A stretch of 64,000 nucleotides of DNA, taken from the NCBI GenBank assembly GCA_044892525.1, contig CM097885.1, positions 8,744,001 to 8,808,000 of the forward strand, in the 5' to 3' direction. Shown in pieces: positions 1 to 9,995 of this stretch. Source of the DNA: Schmidtea polychroa. Its lineage: Eukaryota. The position numbers were made by a program, and so were the translations under genes. The stretch's first letter is position 1. The number at the start of each line of letters is the position of its first letter. The notes below the pieces were generated by a model, which was not told the DNA's origin, made no database searches, and saw only the letters and a program-made list of their open reading frames with translations.

Positions 1-40
1 AGAAAATTTTGAGGTCAACTTAAGGTCAATGTCATTTTCA
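1..40 (+). repeat. Inner part of left terminal inverted repeat
   Basis: Reverse complement TGAAAATGACATTGACCTTAAGTTGACCTCAAAATTTTCT matches 4881-4933 apart from one extra ~13-nt TGACCTTAA-type subrepeat on the right. Confidence 0.85.
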
Positions 41-1594
41 ATAAAAATTTATTTAAAACTTGATGTGTTTTTACTTGCCGATTTCTTCCAACAATTTCGA
101 GCAAGATCAAAAGCACATAATGGACTCGAGCCACTCAATTTTTTTGGAATCCCTGGAATGTCTTGGGCATCTGCGCTCATGACCTTAGAAGAACCAGTGG
201 AATTACTGATGGACATGGAGATGTATAATTTCTTCGAGGATGGGATCCGTGGTGGTCTCACATTTGTAAATAAACACTTCGCAGTAACAGATGATGAAAC
301 AGAGTTGCTTTATATCGATATAAACAACCTGTATGGGTGGGCGTTAAGCCAATACTTGCCATGTAGCGATTTTGAGTGGATATATAATGAAGTGGAATTA
401 TTATCCATTTTAGTTGACTGTATTAGTTCGAAACTAGAAAATTTAACTTATGGATACACATTGGAAGTTGATTTAGTCATCCCGTCAAATATCCACGACC
501 TATTAGACGATTTCCCAGTCGTAGCAGAGAAAATGTGTCCACCAGATTCAAATGTACCAAAATTATTATTAACCCATCATGCGAAAACTAATTATGTTAT
601 TCATTGGAGACTTTTGAAATTATATATGGCCCTTGGAGTGGAAGTCACCAATATACATCGGGCAATAAAATTTACACAAAAGCCGATATTGAAGGATTAT
701 ATCAACACAAATACCCAACTTCGAGCTGAATCACAAAATAGTTTAGATAGAGATTTTTATAAACTTTTAAATAATAGTGTTTACGGCAAGACAGTGGAGA
801 ATCTGAAGAAAAGAATAAATCTGAGATTGTGCAACAATGCCGAAAAATTGGTTAAATACACTTCAAAGCCAACATTTAGACGTTCAATTAAAATTGCTGA
901 TGATTTGATTGCCCTTTTGCTGAATAAAGATGTAGTTTGTTTAGATAGGCCTAGCTACATTGGTCAAACAGTGCTAGACTTATCTAAACTTAGAATGTAT
1001 GAACTACAATATATTGAACTGTCAAAATATCGAGCACAGTTCAATTGCCAAATAAATATCATAGCCGGGGATACAGACTCATTCTTCCTCGAATGTAAAT
1101 ATGTCAAATTGCGATCACAATTACTTCCTGCAATGATTGCTGACGGATTGTTAGACAGCAGCAACTACGATCCTACAGATCCATTATATTCACGAAATTT
1201 GGATTCTGTAATTGGGAAATTCAAGGACGAAAACAAAGGCAAATCATATGAAGAATGGGTATTCCTCAGACCCAAATGCTATAGTTTGCTAACTAGTGAT
1301 AATGATACTATAAATAAAGCCAAAGGTGTATCATTAAAGGGAACAGAAATCACACATCAATCGTATGTGGATTGTTATCTTGGAATGCATATACCGAAGG
1401 TGAATCAATCCCGGTTTGGTACACGAAACCATCAATTATTTACATTTAGAACTAAGAAGGTAGCCCTTACAAATAACGATGATAAAAGGGTTTGGGTTGA
1501 AGAGAACAAGAGCTTCGCATATGGGCATTATAATATTTTAGATAATGAATTAAATAATATTTTGCCTCTTGATGAATCATCTGCAGACGAATGA
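29..1594 (+). CDS. Protein-primed family B DNA polymerase (Polinton pPolB), N-terminally truncated
   Basis: ExoIII YLKLDVFLLAD, motif A YIDINNLYG, motif B KLLNNSVYGK, motif C GDTDS, and GKFKDE and RPKCY. Terminal-protein, ExoI and ExoII regions are absent. The ATG comes from TIR sequence. Confidence 0.92.
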   Translation: MSFSIKIYLKLDVFLLADFFQQFRARSKAHNGLEPLNFFGIPGMSWASALMTLEEPVELLMDMEMYNFFEDGIRGGLTFVNKHFAVTDDETELLYIDINNLYGWALSQYLPCSDFEWIYNEVELLSILVDCISSKLENLTYGYTLEVDLVIPSNIHDLLDDFPVVAEKMCPPDSNVPKLLLTHHAKTNYVIHWRLLKLYMALGVEVTNIHRAIKFTQKPILKDYINTNTQLRAESQNSLDRDFYKLLNNSVYGKTVENLKKRINLRLCNNAEKLVKYTSKPTFRRSIKIADDLIALLLNKDVVCLDRPSYIGQTVLDLSKLRMYELQYIELSKYRAQFNCQINIIAGDTDSFFLECKYVKLRSQLLPAMIADGLLDSSNYDPTDPLYSRNLDSVIGKFKDENKGKSYEEWVFLRPKCYSLLTSDNDTINKAKGVSLKGTEITHQSYVDCYLGMHIPKVNQSRFGTRNHQLFTFRTKKVALTNNDDKRVWVEENKSFAYGHYNILDNELNNILPLDESSADE

Positions 1595-1600
1595 TAATGA

Positions 1601-2731
1601 TTAATGGTAATGATTTATCCGTTTTATTTTTAAAAATATTTTTATTTTTATTTTAGTTTCTGTACAGTTTCTCCAGTTTTGACACAGTTTCTGAACAGTT
1701 TTGAAAACAGATGAGAACGAACCACCAATATAATGATTCATTTGTAACTTTTGTAATGGCACTTGTTGTATACATGAGCTTGCAATTGGTAAATACATGG
1801 GATTATCGATATTTATATTGACAACTTCATCGTGTTCATATTTTCCAATCCATACCGATTTCAATAGAGGAACACTGGAATCACCAACAATTATGGGCTC
1901 AATAATATTAGTATATATGAACATTTGTTGATGATGTTCAAGTATTCTTGGTTTACGTATACCATCAGCTTTTCCTCGATATTTTTGCTTCTCTAATCCA
2001 AGTGTATTTGTCAAATTTTTATCAAATGTAACTTCGCAAATTTCATCATTCAAACTGAAAGTAAACAACAAATCTTTCACAATGTCCAAACTTTTAAATA
2101 TGTGTGAACAATTGTACTTTAAATATTTAAGTAACACATCAAGTTTATCAATATATAATTCGTCAGCAAAGGTGAATGATTTCTCAACTTCATTATTATA
2201 CGACACTGATATTTTGATTTCTTCTTTCATTAAACTGTTTGCTTCAAATAGATCAAAACGTAATAAATATTCTGTTTCCATAACATCATTTTTCAACTTA
2301 TTGCAACCCATTCGTTTGGCATCTTCAATAGTTTCGAATGTTATTGTAAATGGTTTAAAATCACAACTGATATTTAATCCATCCTTGTAAAATATATAGC
2401 AATGCTGATCTAATATTTGATTCGGAATATGATATGTTTTATCATAATTACTGATGACAAAGATACCGCTACATGTTTTCAGAACATTCTTTTTGAAATC
2501 AATCTTACATTGACTATAAAATGGGAATGTGTTGTACACGAATGTAAAATCTTGCAGTGCAACTTCCCAGTCACCATTTAAAGAAATCGGATTCTGGAGA
2601 TTGACCATGAATTTGCTGGCTTGATTGTCCGGATGAATTAATGGGCAGCTATTGCTTGGTAAAATAGTATAGAAATTCACTTTACTAGGTCCTTTTCTGA
2701 TATCCATGATGGGTTTTGATATCCATGCCAT
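1601..2731 (-). CDS. Polinton minor capsid (penton) protein, C-terminally truncated or fused
   Basis: N-terminal FYTILPSNS...DNQASKF...ISLNGDWEVAL and C-terminal FIYTNIIEPIIVGDSSVPLL...YLPI are typical Polinton/adintovirus penton motifs. Similarity appears to be lost after ...IASSCI. The start overlaps the integrase 3' end. Confidence 0.75.
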   Translation of the reverse strand: MAWISKPIMDIRKGPSKVNFYTILPSNSCPLIHPDNQASKFMVNLQNPISLNGDWEVALQDFTFVYNTFPFYSQCKIDFKKNVLKTCSGIFVISNYDKTYHIPNQILDQHCYIFYKDGLNISCDFKPFTITFETIEDAKRMGCNKLKNDVMETEYLLRFDLFEANSLMKEEIKISVSYNNEVEKSFTFADELYIDKLDVLLKYLKYNCSHIFKSLDIVKDLLFTFSLNDEICEVTFDKNLTNTLGLEKQKYRGKADGIRKPRILEHHQQMFIYTNIIEPIIVGDSSVPLLKSVWIGKYEHDEVVNINIDNPMYLPIASSCIQQVPLQKLQMNHYIGGSFSSVFKTVQKLCQNWRNCTETKIKIKIFLKIKRINHYH

Positions 2732-3313
2732 TTGACATAGTATTGTTTATCCTTGCCGACCTTTTTAGTTTTCAATATTTTTTGAATTCTAAATACTTTT
2801 GGAGGAGGAATAACTTGTAATTCTTGCTCATAAAATTTTCCTTGTACAACATTATTATCATTGTCTTTAATGACATACATTACTTGACTCTGGCTAGTAT
2901 TTATTTTCAAAATTACAAAGACTTCATCACTCCAATTTGTATCGAAATTTTTTATAAATGGTGATGCACTAATTTTACTAATTCTAACATGGTCACCTAC
3001 TTTATATTTAGGTTTTGCAATTTTTACATGTTTTTTAGAATAGAATGTTTTTGAAGTGATATCAATCGGTCTTAATCCATTCAGTCCTCGATGTGATGAA
3101 TGATTATAACTGGTTATTATTTTTGGTAAAACATTTACCCATTTTTTATTACCTTGATGCACAAATAATTTCTTTAATCTATCTCTCAAAGTTCGGTTAA
3201 ATCTTTCAACATAAGCTGCTTTGTATTGAGAATATACTGTGTAATGGTTTATTTTCAGTTTATTGAGGATTTGCTTGACTTTACTGTTGTAGAATTCTTT
3301 ACCTAAAAAAAAT

Positions 3314-3369
<56 letters not shown>

Positions 3370-3757
3370 CTAAATCTGTTTGCAAGTTATTAGGATGTCC
3401 TTTTTTAAATAAATTATTAATAGCTTTGGACATTTCATCTGCAGATTTTGCCTTGACTGGAATCGCTCGGGCAAACCGACTGAATACATCAATACATGTT
3501 AAAATATATTTATAACCATTGTTAATTTTTGAATATGGTATCATCTCCATCAAATCCATTTGCCATAAATCGTTTATTCCAAATGTTTTATATGTTCTTG
3601 TTGGGAATCGTTTCTGCATTGGTTTGTTCAAACTGTACGCAAGCTGGTCTGATAACCACTTCTGGGTTTCCTTTTTCGAATTTGGAACTCTTTTCTTTAA
3701 TTTTGCGACTCCACCGAAACCCGCTTCGTCTTCTGGGTTTGTCCAAATCTTCTCCAT
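2677..3757 (-). CDS. Polinton retroviral-like DDE integrase with C-terminal chromodomain; 2 exons (3757-3370, 3302-2677), 337 aa
   Basis: WQMDL (D), QTDLG^KEFY (D, rebuilt across GT-AG intron 3369-3303), VERFNRT (E), YNHSSH, KYKVGDHVRIS, and chromodomain YYVKWHGY..SWI. No stops after splicing. Confidence 0.9.
3303..3369 (-). other. 67-nt phase-1 spliceosomal intron composed mostly of (ATT)n
   Basis: TTAG|GTATTATT...AATATTTTTTTTAG|GTAAAGAA. Removal restores the TDxGxEF motif in frame. Confidence 0.85.
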
Positions 3758-3818
3758 TACAACAAGAAGATTTAATATTAAATTTAATGTCAGGTAATGA
3801 AGGATTAGCTCCTATTGT

Positions 3819-4307
3819 TTATGACTGTGTTACTCCACCTAATAATGATAATGCCAAAGGTATCAATGCACCAATAAATCCGCCTTGTTGTTTATATATA
3901 ATTTTTCTCATTTGTTTACGATTTTTATTATTTACTAATGATAACAAAGGTTTCCTATGTTTACTCAATATATGCTTTTTGGATTTACTGATTTTAATCT
4001 TGCCTTTGACTACTTTAAGTATAATATCGAGTAAATCATCGACAACAAAATTTGGAAATGATTGCAAAATATTCATTCTTTTTATACTCGGTGCCTTTAA
4101 CAATGTATTAAAAAACGGGAAACTCCGATGATTTTTAACAACTTTTAATTTCTTACTGGTTTTACGGTTAGGTTTAGGTTTAGGATTTTTCGAAATAAGA
4201 TTTTTTGCAAGAAAATTTTCAGTAACAAGTTCTTTAGATGGAGTATAACTAGTGGTTGGTGGAATTTTTGGTTCTTTCTTCCTTGTTATCCTTGTTTTTG
4301 AAAACAT
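3819..4307 (-). CDS. Basic core protein resembling adenovirus pX (Polinton/adintovirus small structural protein)
   Basis: Lys/Arg-rich body ending QQGG/FIGALIPLALSLLGG, resembling the protease-cleaved GG/F hydrophobic tail of pX. Lies between ATPase and integrase. Confidence 0.65.
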   Translation of the reverse strand: MFSKTRITRKKEPKIPPTTSYTPSKELVTENFLAKNLISKNPKPKPNRKTSKKLKVVKNHRSFPFFNTLLKAPSIKRMNILQSFPNFVVDDLLDIILKVVKGKIKISKSKKHILSKHRKPLLSLVNNKNRKQMRKIIYKQQGGFIGALIPLALSLLGGVTQS

Positions 4308-4319
4308 GTTTTATATGTT

Positions 4320-4724
4320 TCAACTTTGTTTTGAATTTTGTTTATAAACCATGGCACCTTTTGGGTTGAAAATATCAGTTTTTACCCGTAAATCATCAGG
4401 ACATTGTTGTGTGAAATCAAGAAATATATATCCATGCGGTATTTTGGTAGCATCTTGAAATGCACTGATAAGAAAATTACGGTTATTAGGGTATGCTTGT
4501 CGTCCAAGAAAATCAATGACAGTTGCATCTCTAGGATTCTTGAAAATAACTAAATATTGTACATTTAAATTACGTGTACGATGTGCACCACCTTGATGAA
4601 ATAGATTTTGTGTTATGAAAATAACTGTTACACCGACATGTCTGCTGATTTTTGTGAATAAATTATTAAAATCTTTTTCTTTATTGGCTTCTTGGTATAA
4701 ATCATCGATAATGATGACATCACC
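4320..4724 (-). pseudogene. A32/FtsK-like packaging ATPase, 5'-truncated (no Walker A, no start; absent from the ORF track)
   Basis: Hand translation GDVIIIDDLYQ...KISRHVGVTVIFITQNLF...YLVIFKNPRD...HGYIFLD shows Walker B, RH and TQN motifs. Open for 134 codons and abuts the TIR repeats. Confidence 0.85.
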
Positions 4725-4987
4725 TTAAAATTTGGAAAAATTAGACTTTGGCATCAGAAGTTGACCTTAAAATAGCCTAAAATCGACTTTGACCTCAAGA
4801 TTTGACCTTAAAATGGCCTAAAATCGACTTTGACCTCAGAATTTGACATTAAAATGGCTTAAATTGACCTTAAACTGTCCTGAAAATGACATTGACCTTA
4901 AAATTTGACCTTAAGTTGACCTCAAAATTTTCTATGACCTTAAGTTGACCTTAACGATGAGTCATCGTGGGCTCACTTCTACCTACT
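4725..4987 (-). repeat. Right terminal inverted repeat / subterminal repeats of the mini-Polinton
   Basis: Many TTGACCTTAA/TTGACCTCA subrepeats, one ATGAGTCAT, and the terminus CTACCTACT at 4987. Confidence 0.8.
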
Positions 4988-5574
4988 TAGGTAATTGGTT
5001 TCTGGGTAGTTCACAAGTTTGACCAAACAGACAATGACGTGATTTACTTCTTGTTTTGCGAAATTGCTTATTTCTCTGTCCCTTCATAACTGCTCTTCTG
5101 TACTCAGCTCTGGCAAAATAAAAGTGAATCATCAAGTTAACTTTTTTAATTAGGTCCAGCAAACACTTGACATCCAATCGAAACAAATTAAATTATCTGA
5201 GTTTAGACTGACTAGTAGTATCCATGTGGATTATGTGTTGACTGTAGTGTGTGTGTGTTAGTATTGTTCAGAAGAAATTGTCTTTGTGAGTGCTTGTGTG
5301 AAGGTGCTTCCGTGAATTAACCTCTCTATACATGCACGCTTGTGAATAGAGCATGTCAAAAATGGTCTTTCTGCAAGCGTGTGACTGCTTGCAGGATGAA
5401 TTTACAATGGCACGTGTGCGAGCATTTTTACTGGGATAGTACTAATACATACAAACAAAAGTTGGGACCTGTAAACCCTTTTAAACAGCAGTCTTTTGCA
5501 GGGATATTTCATTTTCTAGCATAAGCACAACTTTTTAGGCATGTTTGGAGAAAAAAAAAATTTCGACCCACCCT

Positions 5575-5755
5575 AGTGAGCATGCAGCTATATCAGTATA
5601 TTTTTATATAGTCTGCAGTGAGCATGCAGCTATATTTTTATATAGTCTGCAGTGAGCATGCAGCTATATAAGTATATTTTTATATAGTCTGCAGTGAGCA
5701 TGCAGCTATATAAGTATATTTCATATAGTGTGCAGTGAGCATGCAGCTATATCAA
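5575..5755 (+). repeat. ~40-bp minisatellite, about 5 copies
   Basis: AGTGAGCATGCAGCTATAT(A/C)AGTATATTTTTATATAGTCTGC repeated, with one shortened copy. Confidence 0.85.
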
Positions 5756-5759
5756 TCAC

Positions 5760-5943
<184 letters not shown>

Positions 5944-6092
5944 CTTTAAACAGCTTGCAAGGTTACTAGTCATGCTTATTATACATTTGATGGTTACAAT
6001 TTCTACATTTTGAAAACTATATTTTGATTGGCTATCACAATTTTATAAATGTAAGAACAAAAGTAATTTAGTTATTAAGAAATTTATTACTA

Positions 6093-6731
6093 ATGATTTC
6101 TATAAATAAAACTGATGAATGTGTAACACATTTGGTAACTTTATTATTTTGTCAATATTTTTTTTATATATACCATTTATAGCAAGGAAGTCCTACTAGA
6201 AATAAGGAAAAATTATGTCCAACCTATTCCGAAATTTCATTGAAATTTTTTAACAACACAGTTGAAGATTTTATAAATAATCATGATACTTACAGTGATA
6301 AGCAACTCATAAATATTTTAAAGATTTTCAAACATTCCTCTATTGAATATTTGTTTGATTTATTTAATTATGAGAAATCCATTTTAAAGTTATCTTGTTA
6401 TTTAATGTACTTAGAAAAAATAGCAGTAAACAATGATTCACTGAATGAATACTTTTGGAGTTGTATGTATTTAAGGTTGAAACCTGGATATAGTAGATTG
6501 ATTTATGATTGGATAGCAAAAACCGATTTGATTGAAAATAAGCTAACGAAAAAACTGAACGAGGTTAAGAAAAGGTATTTAACTTGTTCAATTTGTAAAG
6601 AAAATCGAGTTTCGGTTTTGTATTTACCACGTGGTCATGTAATTGTTTGTTCTAAGTGTCACGAGAAGAATGTTCGCAAGTGTCAAGCCTGTTCAACATT
6701 GATTAATGAATATCATACTATATATATTTAG
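6093..6731 (+). CDS. C-terminal IAP/MYLIP-type RING protein; likely 2 exons (6093-6134, 6183-6731), ~196 aa
   Basis: CSICKENRVSVLYLPRGHVIVCSKC...CQAC...IYI* is a terminal C3HC4 RING with the third Cys replaced by Arg. A 48-nt GT-AG intron 6135-6182 links an in-frame ATG. AATAAA lies downstream. Confidence 0.7.
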
Positions 6732-6893
6732 TTTACCTTTGTTAATTTTACATTATTTTATTGTTTAAATAAATGTATGTTTTGTTGATTTGTTGATTTG
6801 TTGAGCGTGACCAGTACCCTTGTGAGCATTACCCATAGGGGGACAAAATATTTTGTCGGATAGACTCGGAGTATATAGACTCGGTGTATATAG

Positions 6894-6978
<85 letters not shown>

Positions 6979-7166
6979 TCTTTAGATATAGTAATCCTAA
7001 TAACACGATATATGGCTCATTCGAAAGGCCTTGGATTGAGCTTTAAAATGAGCTATCGATTATTAATTTTCGTTGACGGGAACTTTGAAAAAAAAAATTT
7101 AAAATAAAATAATAATATTTTTTAAAAATAATAATAAAAATAATAATATTTTTAAAAATAATAATA

Positions 7167-7814
7167 TGACCTTGATGACTCATCGCGATGACTCATATGA
7201 CCTTGAGAATGACCTTGGATGAGTCATGCGACCTTGAAAATGACCTTGATGAGTCATATGACCTTGAGAATGACATTGAATGAGTCATATGACCTTGAGA
7301 ATGACCTTGAATGAGTCATATGACATTGAGAATGACCTTGAATGAGTCATATGACCTTGAGAATGACCTTGAATGAGCCATGGTCTTTGTTTAAATGACC
7401 TTGAAAATTTTTATGACTCATCGGATGAGTCATATGACCTTGAAAATGACATTGATGAGTCATAGTATGAGTCACATGACCTTGAAAATGATCTTGATGA
7501 GTCATGGGCTTTGTTTAAATGACCCCGAGAAAATTTTTTGACCTTGATGAGTCATATTATGAGTCATATGACCTTGAAAATGATCTTGATGAGTCATGGT
7601 CTTTGTTTAAATGACCTTGAGAATTTTGATGAGTCATAGGATGAGTCATGGTCTTTGTTTCAATGACCTTGATAAGTCATATGTCTTTGTTTAAATTTGA
7701 CCTTGAAAAAAAATGTACTTTTAGACTTAGAATATTTTTGAAAATCTTACCGACGGGGGAGGGGGGGTACTGTGCTAGCGGTGCCCTGTGCCAGCGGTGC
7801 CCAATCCATCTACT
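7167..7814. repeat. Polinton-terminus-like block of TGACCTTG and TGA(G/C)TCA subrepeats ending ...CCATCTACT (also 26840-27456, 46515-47162)
   Basis: Same motif vocabulary as the TIR at 4725-4987, followed by a GC-rich tip ending CTACT. Confidence 0.6.
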
Positions 7815-9125
7815 GCTATATAGTAAGAGCTCACTAAAAGATCAAAAATAAAGTTTTTCTACAAATATTTCGCCCATCAAATACTAAATAGAAATGATAT
7901 ATATTGATTGATTATAATTCTTCAGCTATTCAGCCAATCATTTTCAAGCAAAAATAGCAAACTAAATCACAAATTTCAGTACAATAATTTTCAAGTAAAT
8001 TTAAATTCCTTGATAAAGTTAACTGGTTTCTTAGCTTATGTTTTTTAAAAGTTCATCAATGTGTAAATGGAAAAAATATTCTTCGAAAATTATTGAAAAG
8101 ATTATTTAGTCAAATATCATTATAAAGTCATCAAAAAGTAAACCTATCACTTGATTATTAACCTAACAGTCATTAAAAATTAATTTTTATATAAAATTAA
8201 AATACAAGTCAAAAGGATTTAGCAAATTATCAAGAAAATCCATTAAAATCACCATTAAAAATTTAATTTTTAATCAATCAACATGAAATTCATAAAACTA
8301 TTAAGTCAAATTCAATATCATTACAAAGTCATAATCAAATTAAATACTTATCTTTAAATTCTAATCTTTAAAGACAGAGATATTTCAAGGAAATTTGATG
8401 TTTTTAGATGATTTTATTAGAGAATTCTGTTGGATACAACAAATGGTAAAATATTGTCATTTAAATGAATTTACTGGTTTAGTAGATGTTATCAATAGTG
8501 GGCTTAAATCAATCTCTTTTGTTATTTGTTTCTAAGATATTGTTGACTTTGATAATTTTTAATGAATTTATGCTGAATATTTGGAATATTTTGAGCAATC
8601 AGTCAATAAATTTGAGTATATATATTTTATTATTAAAAATATTAATATAAGGTATCTGGTTGTGAGTATCTAGTTGTAGGTATCTGGATGTAAATACGTG
8701 TTCGTAAGTTACTGGTTGATGATAATAAGTTTTTAGTATCTTGTACTTGGTAGTTGGTAGCTGATTGTTGGTTTGTTGTTGAATTAATATTATCAAACAT
8801 AATTATTTAAATTTGTCTTTGAAAAATATATCATTAAAATTTTCATTAAAAATTATCTTAAAAAATTATTCCATAAAAATTTTCATTAATATTTATTTAA
8901 AAAATTATTTCATAAAAATTCTATTACAAATTGACTTAAAAAAGTCATAATCAACAAAATTTATCCTATCACTTGATTATTATACAAACCTATCTGTCAT
9001 TAAAAATATATTTTTTATTTAAAATTTTAAAACAAGTCAATAAAAACACAGCAAATTATCAAAAAATTAATTAAATTTACCTTAAAATTAACAATAAATT
9101 TTTAAATATTCTTTCAATCAACATG

Positions 9126-9201
9126 AAATTCACGAAAATGATAGAAATTCACAAAAATGATAGAAATTCACAAAAATGATAGAAATTTACAAAAATGATA
9201 G
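9126..9201 (+). repeat. 19-bp tandem repeat x4 (also in copies 2 and 3)
   Basis: AAATTCACAAAAATGATAG repeated. Confidence 0.8.
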
Positions 9202-9468
9202 ATATATACATGAATATTTACTAAAACCATCAATTCTAGAAAACTACTAATGAATGCCTTCAACAACAAATTTACCTAAATAAACATTCAAATAAAGTAT
9301 TAAAACCAAATACTGGTCGAAACAATTATTATTATTATTATTATCATTATTATTTTCAAAGTATCATTTTCAAAATATTTTTTCTTTATTATTATTATTA
9401 TTATTGAATAAATAGTTAAACATCCATGGCAATGATTTAATTATAAGATAACGCCAATCAAACATTCT

Positions 9469-9513
9469 TTTCACGATTAATTTCGACAGTTTTCCTGTCA
9501 TCATCAGGTGGGA
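9469..9513 (-). ncRNA. Minimal type I hammerhead ribozyme motif (Penelope-like element type)
   Basis: Minus strand CAC-CUGAUGA-U-GACAG(GAAAA)CUGUC-GAAA-UUAAU-C/GUG: conserved core, 5-bp stem II, palindromic AUUAAU stem III, short stem I, AUC cleavage triplet. Confidence 0.7.
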
Positions 9514-9814
9514 TATAATAACTCATTAAATTAAGGATTTTAAACAAATTTAGTTATATACAAAAAATTTTATTCATTTTATAAAAAAATATATTTTTTT
9601 TTGAAAATTTTAACATTTAAAATTTAATTTAATAATTTGAAAATATTTTATTTATTATTTAATTTAACACAAAAATCAATACATACAATACACAAAGGTT
9701 TATTTAAAAACACCCAACACACAAGTATTTACTGCATTCTGCACATTAATTTTCGGATTCAATGATTTTATCAACAACAATAAATAAAAATTTTAAACGA
9801 TGAGTCATCGATGA

Positions 9815-9995
9815 GTCTTTGTCTATATGTCTTTGTTTAAATGTAATTGTTTAAATATTTGTTTACACGTCTTTGTTTAAATGTAATTGTTTAAATATTT
9901 GTTTACACGTCTTTGTTTAAATGTCTTTGTTCAAATATTTGTTTACGTGTCTTTGTTTAAATATTTGTTTACATGTCTTTGTTTAAATGTCTTTA
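9815..9995 (+). repeat. GTCTTTGTTTAAAT / TTGTTTAC motif array (also copies 2 and 3)
   Basis: Degenerate tandem repeat visible directly. Confidence 0.75.

Larger units (their letters stand above)
1..4987. mobile_element. Internally deleted (mini) Polinton/Maverick element; left terminus lies just upstream of the window
   Basis: pPolB, A32-like ATPase, DDE integrase with chromodomain, penton and pX-like ORFs lie between inverted repeats (1-40 versus 4881-4933). The right end reads ...CTTCTACCTACT, i.e. 5'-AGTAG on the other strand, typical of Polinton termini. Confidence 0.9.

Noticed and set aside
3519..4131. Plus-strand ORFs of 92 and 200 aa (and other short antisense ORFs over pPolB and penton)
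   Set aside because: Antisense shadows of well-supported genes, with no motifs.
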